A DNA stretch of 64,000 nucleotides, from NCBI GenBank assembly GCA_036172245.1, contig JAYWIR010000037.1, positions 558,001 through 622,000 of the forward strand, written 5' to 3'. The stretch is from Raillietiella orientalis. Its lineage: Eukaryota. The notes beneath the pieces are model-generated. The model searched no databases and was not told the origin of the DNA. It worked only from the letters and a program-made list of their open reading frames with translations. Made by a program: the position numbers and the translations under genes. Shown piece after piece: positions 39,101-50,501 of the stretch. Numbering within the stretch: position 1 is the stretch's first letter; every line of letters begins with the position of its first letter.

Positions 39101-42100
39101 TCTTTTACCGACCTCCCGGAGCAAATGCGAGGACGAGCGGGAGGGGGGAAATCGATGTTTTTATGATCCTTCGCCAATCGTTCCGGTCTGTGCTCTTCTC
39201 TCCCCCTGTCCTCTCTCATCCTCGTTCCTTCCTTCCGAGCTTGCGTATGTCATCTCTCGTCCGAAAGCTCTCCCCGTGCTGCTGCTGCTGCTGTCGTCGC
39301 CGCCGCCTCATCAACAACGTCCGGCATTGACCTCGTTCCCCTGTGGAGATGCTGGCAAATTCCCGCGGCGTTCGTGGGCAGAGAGCCTGCTCTCCGGTGC
39401 TTTCAAATGTGAGAACGGAGGGGAGAGGGGGAGGAGGGAGGGGTAAATCAGCTTGGTGGACGTTTCCTCCAATGTGGTTCCCCCCTCTATGGGCAAAAGG
39501 ACGAAGCGTGCCTGCTTCGCGGCGGCGGACTGCCAGACGCACGTGGTGGCACGCATGGCGCGCATCGTCGTCTCCCGAAGAGGAACCCGTGGTCTCCCGG
39601 GAAATTTATGGATGTCTTCTCTTCCTCGGAGCGACATCTCTCTCCGAGGAGAGAGACGGACAGACTGCGCTCTGAAGATGCCGTTAACTGTATCCGTCCC
39701 TTCCGGCGGGAGAAAAGAAAACACGCATGCGCACACCTCCCACGAACCGGAACGGATGAAGAAGAGCCGGAGGGGGGAGCGTGAGTCGCCGCCGCGGCGC
39801 TGCTACCGTCCTGCTTTCGCTTCATCATCCCTTCTTCCTTCCACACGCCCGCGCGGAGGAAGGAGAAGCGTGGCGAGAAAGGCGGGGAAGAGGGCGGCAT
39901 CGCCGCGGGGTGCCGGCCGCCCGCCACTTGGCGCGCCTGAGGGGAGGGCGGCGGGACTTTCGGCGCGCTCGCTGCGGCGTCGCCGCGAGCGCGCCTACCA
40001 GCAGAGCGCGCGCTCGCCTGCGCCCGTGGACAGCCAGCTCACGCGAGCGACCCTGGCCTGAGGGCGCATGCAGCGCGCCGCAGCAGCCTCCTCCTCTCCC
40101 CCTCCTGAACTCTTTTCCCGCCGTTTCTGCATCATTGGTGCGATGCCACGGGAGCGGGGGGACGCTCCAACTCCCTCCCCCTGAGATTCGACTACCCTCC
40201 TCTCCAAATTGTTTTCCCGGGAAGGGGGGAGCCACGAGATACAGGACCCGATCGTCCCCATCCCTCCCCGGTCTTCTACTCGCTCGGCTTCTTCGAAACG
40301 GCACCAGCGCTGCCCACCATAGCAGAGGCCATTCCTTCTCTCCTGCAAGACCTTCCCGATCGTGACGGGTCCGCCAGCACAGCTCGTCCCGCCCCGCCTT
40401 GCCGCTGAAATTCCTTTCGGTGCACCCGCTCTCTTCCCCCTCCCCTCCAGCGGGAAGGGCACTACGAACGAGCATCAGCATCTGGTCACGTTCAGGAGGA
40501 GGCGCCCTCGTTCCCATCTTTCCCGGAAGGGGAGCGAATGCTCTCCCCTTCCCGCCCTGCAGGAGGCAGCCCTCTTCCTCTCCTGCTTCCTCCCTTGGAA
40601 AGGGGAATGGCAGTTTCCGGAAGGAGGTGAGGTGGAGGGGAAACCTCTTGCTTCGGAAGGACCTCCTCTTCGGCCATCGTTCCCCTCCTTTCTTTCCCGA
40701 ATGAACGAAGAGAACGTAGCGGGAAAACGGGCAGTCTTCTCCATTCCCCTCGGGAGAAAACGGGAGCAGGGCTTCCGGAAAGGGGAAGGGGTGCCTCCGA
40801 AAGACCTGCAGGTTCCGGGAAAGATTTGTGCCTCCTCTCCGGAAAGACGGGAGGGAAGTGTCCTGGCTCCTGCAAGAGGAATGAATGGGTGGTTCCCGGG
40901 CTCGAGGGGCTGGAAAGAGAGGACGTTCTCGGCCTTCCAGGAAGTACCGCATCTTCGTCCCCCCGCCACCCACGGAACGGGAAAGGGAAGGCCAAGGGGG
41001 AACTCTCAGAGGAGCCTTCGGGAACGGAGGACCGGCATTGTCAGCTCGGAAGAAAGGAGCGACTTCCCTCCTCAACCTGCTCGCGCTTCCTGCATTTCAG
41101 GGAGGAGGAGGCATTGGAAAGAGGAGGGAACCGGGAGGGGCAGGTCAGGGGGGCCTCCGTAGGGGAGAGGAGGAAGGCAAGGACAGCGGAGAATCCCGGA
41201 CCCTCCCTGCACTGGCCTCCTTTTCTGCCACCGCGAAACCAAGAGCAGCAGGAGCGCTCCTACGAAGGAGTTCGGGGACGTAGAGGATGCGCCGCGCGTT
41301 CCGGCTAGACCTGGAGGAGCGGGGGAGTGAGGGAGCGAAGGGGCTTCGACACGTGGGAAGGGGTTGAGGAGCAGAAGACCCTGTGGAACCCGCGATTGCA
41401 CACACTCCCGGTTGGACGGGAGAGCACGCGGTCGGGAAGGTTCCGCGGGCGGAGCTGCTTCGCCTACCCTTTCGCCACGCCCCTCTTCCTCCACTGCCAG
41501 GCCGGAGCGTAACGTCACGGAGCCACCATCCCTCTCTCATCCTCTCCTCTTACCCCTGCGCCCCTTCTTCTCGAGAAGGGACAAATTCCTCAGAGGATCC
41601 ATGCTGCTGTGCAGCCACCGCGTGCTCGACCAAGGCGCGACAGGACCACGGGAAAAAATCAGAAAATCTCGCCCAAAGAGAGGGAGCGCTTCCGTTCCCA
41701 ACCATCCTCACGTCCAAGCAACTGCCTAGAGACGGGAAGCCCCCGGGGAGGCACACCTTCCATGGAGACTCCCGGAAAGAGTTCTGCTAGGAAGGGAGAA
41801 GACAAACTCCCAAGGAAGAAGACATCGCGCGAGCCTTCCCCGCTCCTCCACATGACCAAGAGGCGACCGGGCAAGTCTCGGCTGCTCAGAGCCAACCTCC
41901 CTCCGACTCTGCAAGCTCGGATGCAAGGGAACGTCCAAAACCGCTAGCTGCGAAAGACGTGTGCTGGGTTCTCCCAAGCCCAATGCGTCCCCTTTTCCCT
42001 CCGCCGGGGACGTTTCAAAAGGAATTCGCTGCTGCATGCTGACGGATTCGGAGCTCGAGCCACATGCGTACACACGTCTCCGAGCTGGATACCGCTCCGC

Positions 42101-42984
42101 CGGGATCCTCCGAGAAGATACTCCAGCATTCAGGGAGTGCAGAGAGAAGGAACGGAGAAACGGAGGACGACGCGGGAAGGAAAACAGGGAAGGACGACGT
42201 CCCTATCGGTTTCTCGGGACGGAGCAGTTGCTGAGAATCTCACGGTTTACATTAGCTGACTGTTCCCTCAGCGTGATTAGGGCAGCTTGATGGACAAAGC
42301 GATCCCTAGAGGGAAAGCGAGTTACCTCTGAGGATTGTTTTCCTTGCTCGGGAAAAAAACTTGCTGTTCTTCCGTGTGCTCCAACCGCGATGGGTGTAGG
42401 GCGAGCCGGAGGATGATCCCGGTGTTTGCTTTTCGGCTGAGGCAAATTCCTTCGATGTGTTTGCGTGGAGCAGACGTTATGCTTTCAGCATCTCCCATTC
42501 GTTCCCTCCCTTCCTTCGCGTCTCGCTAGTCCGCTTCTTTTTCCCTGTTCCGGCGTTTGGAGTCACGTCCAGACGCGCAATCCCGTCCACCTGGGACGTG
42601 AGGGACGTGGATGCGTTTCGTGGGTAGGAAAAGTCGGTTGTAGGTGCGCATTGGGGGAGAGGAAGTTCCCGAAGAGGAGTAAGGATGGTTGGAGCCCTAG
42701 AAACATCCGGAAGCGACCCACCCACGCATTCGTTCGGAAGCACTCTTACGGAATATCACCACGGGCACACTGCCCCAGCCTACGCTATCAGTAGCTTCGT
42801 TTCGGTTGAACAAGCGTTTCCTGGTTGCCATGGCGGCGGGAGCACGCGGCTTCGCCCCGTGCGATTGTTGCGGACCGACAGAAAAGCGTCCGAAAAGTCC
42901 GCTTCCAAGGAAGAGAGACGCTGGCGGTCCACCACCAGCAGCTCTGGAATACGGAGGATCGGCCGCGGAGGAGAGGCATGGTTG

Positions 42985-44125
42985 ACACCCGGTCACGCCG
43001 GGACATTTATTTATACAAAATGAACGTCTGGGGCAGGACGTTTGATCCTGCCACGTTACTTATGAATATGAGAAGGAATCTGCCGGGAACCGACACACAG
43101 GCCAGAGGGCCTCGCTTCGGCAATGCAGGGGAAGGGAAGACAAACAAAAAGAAAAAGAAAAACCGAAATACATAGGGTCAAGGAATTGGGGGGCTCGGGA
43201 AGGGATCACTGTGTACTGGAGGGTATCCTTTGCACCCTTGTAAGGATGCTGGCAAGTTCCTGTTTCAAGGCTCCCACAGGCCGGGAGTTCCAAGGGTCGC
43301 GGCAAAGCGCCCCCAAAGGGGCCCAAGGGTGACACGGTCCACTAAGAGATGCGGGAGGGATTCCTGCTCCCCGCACCTGGCACATTTGGGGTCCCCCCTC
43401 ACCCCCCATGTCCAATGATGCCGGTAGGTGTTGCATGGGAGGCTCCAGTGCAGCAGCATCAACGCCGACTCCTGCCATTTTAAGGGGAGGGCGCGGGTGT
43501 TCACGAGCACCGGGAGCCACTGCAGGTCTTCCTCTGGAATACCGTGAGGCAGATGAGTCGTTACACACTCCTTAATGGATTCCGACTTCCACGGCCACCG
43601 TCCGGTAATCCAGAAAGGGGCTCGCAGCCCGTTCATCTCACGCCTGGGAAGGGATCCTGGAATGGAGATCACCTCCACCCTGGTTATTTCCGAAGAGGAA
43701 CCCCGAAAAGAATCTCTTTTTTTATTCTCTCCGGAGGGATCCTCTGAGGGGTCCGTTAGTAGGAATTTCTTCTTCGGAGGGAACCCGCAAGGGGACTGCT
43801 CCTTGTTTCCTCTTCCTCTGAAGAGAACTCCGAAGGGACACTTCCGAAATTCAGAAGGGCGCTGCTTCCTCGAAGGGATCGGCTCGCTTCTTTGCACTGA
43901 GAGGTGGCTACACACCTACTCCCTCAGTACGACGCGGAGGGTCCTGGTAGGACCCGAAGGTCGACTCCCATTGTCCCGCCCTTCATCGGGGAGCATCCGG
44001 TTTTAACCGCTGCCAGTGCCGCACCCGAATGAATGTGGACCAACCAGCGTCATCTCGCAGGAGAAACTCGAACCCACGACGCACTGCGTCGATTTCTTCG
44101 GGGTATTCGAACCCATGACGCTTGG
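42985..44125 (-). mobile_element. tRNA-headed element, copy 3, with complete L1/Tx1 tail (zf-RVT, 3'UTR, terminal hairpin); head 5'-truncated
   Basis: B-box-like GGTTCGAATAC (44113-44103) and body homologous to copies 1 and 2, then 'LPLKWQESALMLLHWSLPCN...PKCARCGEQESLPHLLVD' (zf-RVT C-x2-C-x7-H), AATAAA (43011-43006) and CCCGG-CGTGA-CCGGG (43002-42988). Confidence 0.8.
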
Positions 44126-44129
44126 TTTA

Positions 44130-44480
44130 TCACCCGGTCATGCCGGGACGTTTATTATAAAAGATAATAAGCAAACCTGTGTACGCCCATCGGCCCTACA
44201 TTGTCCGAAAATGCTCGGAACCTGCCGACTAACCGGCACGCAAACCGGCGGTTCGCCTTGGCCGCGGAGGAGGGGGCAAACAAAAAAATACATACAAAAA
44301 ATTGGGAGGGTTGGGGAAGGAATCACCGAGAGCTGGAGGACGTCCTCTGGATCTTTTCCAGGATGCCGGCAAGTTCCTTCTGAGTATGACCCAGTTGGGG
44401 CCATCTAGCTGCGGTCCTTATGAAGCGCAACTCTTGGTGGTGCCACGAGCAGAGACCGTGACCACAAAAGCCTCCGACGC
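44130..44480 (-). mobile_element. 3' end of an L1/Tx1-like element (ORF2 end, 3'UTR, terminal hairpin)
   Basis: 'CRHPGKDPEDVLQLSVIPSP' is homologous to 'CQHPYKGAKDTLQYTVIPSR' (about 43.2 kb) and 'CRHSAEDAEDRPQQDMISSR' (about 7.2 kb). AATAAA at 44156-44151 and hairpin at 44147-44133. Confidence 0.8.
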
Positions 44481-47049
44481 GGTCATGGAGGGACCGGACG
44501 CGAGCCCCGCAACCCTCCCACCTGAGAGCGAGCGGACTCTCCGAAGAGCAAGCAGGAGCGCTTTTCTCGTGGAATTCTTCCCCCTCCCCCTTCTCTCTCG
44601 CTCGCTCGTTGCGCGTGCGCCCCTACGCTGCCACCGCTCATGTCCCTCCGAGCGAGGATGGGGTCCCTGACCATTACCGCGGCCATTTTTCTCCCTCGCT
44701 TGCTCTACGAGGGACATGCGCTGCTAGTTCCGCTTCCTTCTTTTTTTTTTTCCTTTTTTTCACTCCCCCCCCCCTCCTCCTCCTCCATTTCCTCGGGAGA
44801 AAGAAAAAGATGGAGATGGACCAACGAGGGTGAAGTGGCGCAACGACAGGCTCGATGAAGGGAGCGCGCAAGTTTCTCACGGGGAAGAGGGGGAAAGAGA
44901 GCGCCAACTTCTGGCGGCGGTGACGACTGCCGCTCATGGTTTCATGGCGGGGCTGGGGAAGGAAGGGGAAGGGGAGAGGACAGTGTAGAGATCCCCTCCT
45001 CTCCCTGAGTCCCCAGAAGGACTAGGAGGCAGTCCCCCTCGGCAGTCTCACTGAGCAACAGTTCCAGGAGGCGTCACTCCCGGGAGAATTCGCCGGGACG
45101 TAATGGGACGAGGAGAAGAGCGGTAGGTCAGTCCCCTTCCACACACCGCAGGCTATTCTATGCAAAGGAGGAGGAGGGGGAGGGGGATGAGCAGCAGCAA
45201 CCCTGCGCAACGGCTTACGGACCTCAGCGTGCAAAGCCCCCTGGCTCGATATGGGTCCCGTGGAAGTTCCGCTCTCGCTACCCCTGATCGTAGCATCCTC
45301 CGATGCAGGTGATGGGAGGAGGAAGGTGTTTCCGAGTGGTCCAGCTGCTTCCGGGACCGTACCGGAGGGCGGGAGAGCGCGTCAAGGCGGGCGGGAGTCG
45401 GAGGGCGCCGCGTTCCCAAAGCAACCGACCTACCCCACGCCACGGGGGCATCGGGAGAGAGGCCGACCCTGTCCTCCCTTCCCCTCCCTTCTCTGGTTCC
45501 TCCCCGGAGGCTTTCCTCATTCCGGGAAGAGCCAACGGGATGCCCGGAGGCCTCTCTCCATGAAGCGCTGTAGGAAGTGAAGACGGGGTCGGAGGCCTCC
45601 GGAATGCCCCCCACTCCCATCCCACACACACCTTCACCTCCCTCCCTCGACACCAACCTCCCAAGGCGAGCGCCGGAGCGATCTATTCCCTCCTTCCCTC
45701 TCCATCCCGTCAGTCCGGGAGCGAGAGCAGTCAGCCTGCCTCCCTCCTAGGAGCCTCAGCCCGCCCTACCAGCGAGAGGACGGGTCGCCCCCTCGTGGCG
45801 CATCGAATCCCTAGAACTGCGCGTCTGTTGCTCAGGTGCTCGCAACGTCTCTTGGACGCCATCCCTTTGGCGCCCAGGAAAGCCCCCCCCGATCCGGTTC
45901 TCAGCCTCCCGCTCGAGGCACCGCCGCGGCCATCCTGGAGCCTCGGGACGCAACCAGGACAGTCGGGATATAGACAGGAGGAGGGAGAAAAGGGGGGAGC
46001 ACCTCGGGACCGTCCGGGGCGTCGAGACCACGGTCACCAGGCGCGAGCACAGCCCTCCTCCCCGGGGCCCGGCGAGGGAGGGCCTTCCGAGGCTGCGTCC
46101 GTGGACTCGGAACTCAGTCCCGGAAAGGGGCGCACGGCCTCACGCGGATCCCATCGCATCTCCAGACGATTTCCCTCCCTCCTCCAAGCGGGGGGAGCAG
46201 GACTTGCAGGGATCCACCTCGATGGCACGTCCCGGGCGGACCATCATATCCTCGGGGCTCCCCTCCCGCGACGAATGGCATCCCAGCCCTGCGGTCGCAG
46301 ATGGGTGGCTCTTGGCGCTCGCGACCGTTGAGCATGGGCAAGTGTCTCGGCCGCCGCCTCGGGGCACTGAGCGCGCGCCTTCATTCCCAACACCACCACT
46401 CTGAGGGCAGCCTCAGGGTCGGCGGTGGGACCGCGGCGCAGGTCCATGCTCGTCTTCTGGAAGGGGAAGGGTGCGCACGGTTCTCTCGGAAACCAAGTGG
46501 GGAGCCGAGGGGGCCAAGGGGTGCAGAGGAAGCTTCCCCTCCCGCTGCCGCCGCTACTTCAGAGCGCTCCCAATCGCCATCCACTCGCGACCCGAAGCTC
46601 CCACGTTTTCCTCGACGTGCCGAGGGAGTCGCCCCTTGCGTGAGAATCCGGCTAGACTGGGGTCGCCTTGGAGCGAGGGGCTGCACACCCCGAGGAGACG
46701 AGGGGGCTGGAAGGGGACCGCGGGCCGAGAAGGGCGCCAACACGAGTGACCGGGATGAGCGCAACGGTTAGACTGGGCGCCCGACCGACCATCGTAGGCG
46801 GATCGTCTCGGCAAGCTGGACAAGAGCGGCTCGTAGAGGAGGAGGGGGACTCTCATGGAGTTGAAAGGGGAAGGGGACAGAAGGAGAGCACGGTGCACTG
46901 CTGCAAAGGAAGAGGAAGGGAAGAGGGATGAGGCAAAGCCGGGCGGCTGGCAGAACCCATGAAGTCTTCGGACCATGAGAGCGGGTCGGCTTTGTTGCTC
47001 CCCGGAACGGAAGAAGTCTGTTGTCTGGAGTTGTCTGGACAAATGGGAG

Positions 47050-48850
47050 GGATATACCCTCTGGATGGAGTTCGATCACTTCACCTACTCCGCTCAGGGG
47101 GAAGAGATGGCACTTGCTGAAGGAAAGGTGGCAGGCTGCAGACCAGCAGCGCCTTCCGCGGCCCCTCAGAGAGGCGACCGCTTGACGTACGCATGTGAGA
47201 AAGAGGATCCGGTCTGGTTCAGAGGGCTAGCGCAGATTCGGCAGAGAGTAGGAAGGCTTCGTGCTGAGTATCCGCGCGCAGCCCGTAGGTGCCCAACGAA
47301 GCTCGGACACCTTTCGAAGGTACTGTAAACAGAAAAGACTGCTACACTACTGGACTGCTTGAGGGAATAGGAGGATGGGATCCCGCAAGCTGAGATCACT
47401 GGGAACACGCCGTATGCGAGGGGGCGGATGGACTGAAAGTTCGCTACCTCCTCCTTGGAGTAATTAAGGAAGCTGGACGACTGCATAAAGGAAGTGTCCA
47501 GGTACAAGAGAGTCCATGGGGCCAACCAATCAGAAGGTCAGCGAGAAAGCGAAAGCGAACTGCGAGACACAGGGCGAACGAACAGTTTTAGGTCGGCGGC
47601 TAGCTGATGATGACATGCCATGGTGTCGGAGGGCTTCTGCAGGGCGATGGGAAACAGCAGTGAGGTGAAACACCCAGTCGTGGTCAGGAGGGGCGTTCTT
47701 CCGCGAGGGTCAGGAAAAATTTGCGGAGATCTTTGAGGGAAAGAGGTGAGGACAAGCTTGCGCTGGGTAAAGGCGAGGCCGGAGACAACCACATTTTCTC
47801 TTAAGGCATGAGAATGCCTCTCGTTTCCTCCTGGCAGCCGATTCCCGCCGGCAACGCCGTTGGGAACGGACGACCTGGAACGGACCTGTGCTCGGAGAAG
47901 CTTCTCGGAGCATGCCTCCCTCCAAGGAGACGAACAGGAGCAAGCGAACCTCCGTTGAGGGGAGCCGCCAACCCTGCTGCAAGCCAAAGCACTGAGACCT
48001 AAGGTTCCTCACGCGTAGCCATAGGAGGGAAGAGAGAGGGAAGGAAAGAAAATGAGGAATAGGACAAGAGCACGAAAAGGGAGGAAGAAAATAAAGAGAA
48101 ACCAACAGAAAAACACTTCACGATCCAAGGAACAGTTCCCTCTTTGTTTCCGAGTCCATCGTGAGCAGCTCACGGGGCAGAGACGAGCATGCTGAGGTCC
48201 AGATGGTGCCCTTGGACACGTCGCATGCCCCTTCGGCACCTTCCATCACTCCGTTCGGTGCTGCCTTCCCATACCTCTCCCCGGCACCCATAACGGATCA
48301 GCGATTGCCTCTACAACGGTGGGGTCCACTTTTGCAGAGCTGCACAAGCGCAATGAGGACGGCTGGAGGGGAGAGGGGAAAAAAAAGGATCCAAGGTCCG
48401 TGGGCTCCTGCAGGCTGTAGTCACTCCCTCCCCTCTTTAGAGGGGACGGCAGTGAGGGAGCATTCCCTCCTGTGAAACGAGAGGAGGAGGAGGAGAGGTG
48501 AAGCTAACGCACAGTTCGGAGCCCATGCATAAGCCCCGAGAAGTGGGGCAGCTGCGCTGCAGCAAGGCATGTCCCTCCACATAGAGCACATGAGCATGTC
48601 CTTCATCTTTATCACACACACCGCTTCATGGACGGCTTCCTCTTCCACGGAACCCCAAACAAATTGGCAATCGCGAGCATGCCGGGATCCCGAAAGGTAC
48701 CACCCGGCCGACATGAAATCTGCATCCACTGCTGCTGGATCCAATCCCATACTACCGATCAAGACCAGTCGAGAGCGAAGAGATGTAAAAAGCTCTTTCA
48801 GCTTCCCGCAACAATTTCGTAAAATCACCCTGAGTCAGAAGGAACCTGAG
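47050..48850 (-). mobile_element. Decayed L1/Tx1-like ORF2 (APE to RT) remnant
   Basis: 'LKELFTSLRSRLVLIGS' (APE-like); 'PNGVAGGNRLPG' and 'QRKLVLTSFPQRSPQIFPDPRGRTPLLTT' (RT domains 0-2); 'TLLYLDTSF'; 'RAARGYSARSLPTLCRICASPL...SHAYVK' (RT domains 3-5). Confidence 0.55.
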
Positions 48851-50501
48851 GAAACGTCCTCCCAGCATTACAATGTAGCATCTTCGCCAGCACAGTCGCT
48901 CCGCACCTCGTTTCAGAACCAAGACTTCAAAAGAGAAACAGTCGGGAATGTCGAGTCTCCTCTAAAGAGAAGCTGTCCCCATTCATCTAGAAATTCTGTG
49001 AATTACTAAGACTGCCCAAGCTCCAGAGGAAGACCGTCTGATGTTATGAGTAATAGGGTAAGAGATGAAAGCATCATTGCAAGCAGCTACGAGGACTAGA
49101 AGTCAGAAATCAAAAAAGATGCATTCGACTGCTTGTCAGGCACATGACCTTTCGGGACAGCTGGTAACAATTGGAAGTACTCTGGGCTTCATCAGACTGC
49201 TCGTTGCGTCGGAAATGCCATGGTTGTCTGGTCCTCACTCCTGAATCCCAGTAGTCATTGAAGTCATGTTTCTGAGGAATGCCTACGTGAGGTAAGTCCC
49301 CAGAAAGCTCCAAGCTACACAAACAGGAAACTGATTCAAAGGAGCGATGCGTTAGCAGAAACCCTCCTCTTTAGCGACACGTTACAGAAATCGAGGAACC
49401 GTATAACCGAATTTCTTAATAGGCAGACTTGGATTAGCAAGTGAATTCTATCCCTTTTCTTGTAGACATTCGCTACTGTTTGTGTTGCATTTAGCGAAAT
49501 ACTTTTTTCATCGTTGATGGAACTGATATCTTGCTTTTCACAAAATTTGAGGATTTTGGAAAGAAAACAGGCCTGTTCGCTAACGGAGGAACTGTTGCTT
49601 CCTCTTGGTCAGTAAACTCATGTTTGACGGTTCTGGTCTGGGTGAAAGGAACACCTAATCATGGGGTAGCATATGAATAGAGTTCCTTTCGAGAGCTCCC
49701 GACCCATGTGCACTGTCTGATCTCTGGTTGATGATCAAAGGAAGCAGTCAGTCAAGGGAGCCTTCATTCCGAAAAATGACTTCTGACTGTGGCACGCATA
49801 GACTAGACCCACAATAGGCAAGTCCAGTTTCTGAGATCACAGAAAAGTAAACTCCTCTTAAGAAGGTAAAGTTGTGGATAACACGAGTTATGATGCTACT
49901 GCCACTTGTACAACATGAACAGATGTGAACACACACATAGAGAAGTGACTGCTATGCAAGAAAATAACTTTTACGTGAAAAACGAATCCTCTTACTCGAA
50001 TTCAATGCTTGCCAACTCCAGGCAAATGATTTGGTTCGCCAAATTATGATTCGCCACTCACCAAAGAGTAATTCAAAACAACACACCAAAAACAGACTGA
50101 ACATATAGTAGTGAATCTGTACCATACAGTATGAAACCTTCACAGAAAAAATTCTGCTTGCATATTGATCTTGGTTTTAATCAAAATAGTATTTTATTTG
50201 CCGCTTTCTTTCCGGCATTTCTGTATAATGCTAATATGAATGTAATTGCAAATGTGTTGTCATTACAGAAGAAAAAAAAAAAAACAACGGAACTCTAAAC
50301 CAAAAAATTCGGAAAAGTTTGGATTCATTGCATTTTTTAAAAACGTATTGTCTCAGTAACTCCAAATGATCAATCAATATATTCGAATAGTTGCTCTCTG
50401 ACATAAATTACACCCTGACAAATTTATGTATTGCAAGTTACACATATAAGTAGCTGCAATAACAGCCAGGCATAAGTAACAATTCTTGGACACAATGGGC
50501 A

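Noticed and set aside
39825..41075. 416-aa ORF as a protein-coding gene
   Set aside because: Low-complexity R/G/P-rich translation with overlapping ORFs in several frames and no domain motifs, as expected in GC-rich decayed repeat DNA.
1..49500. Bacterial contamination or HGT, or a CRISPR/defence system, explaining the GC-rich half
   Set aside because: No operons, no bacterial gene density and no regularly spaced repeats. The region contains an arthropod-type kekkon gene and eukaryotic LINE remnants.
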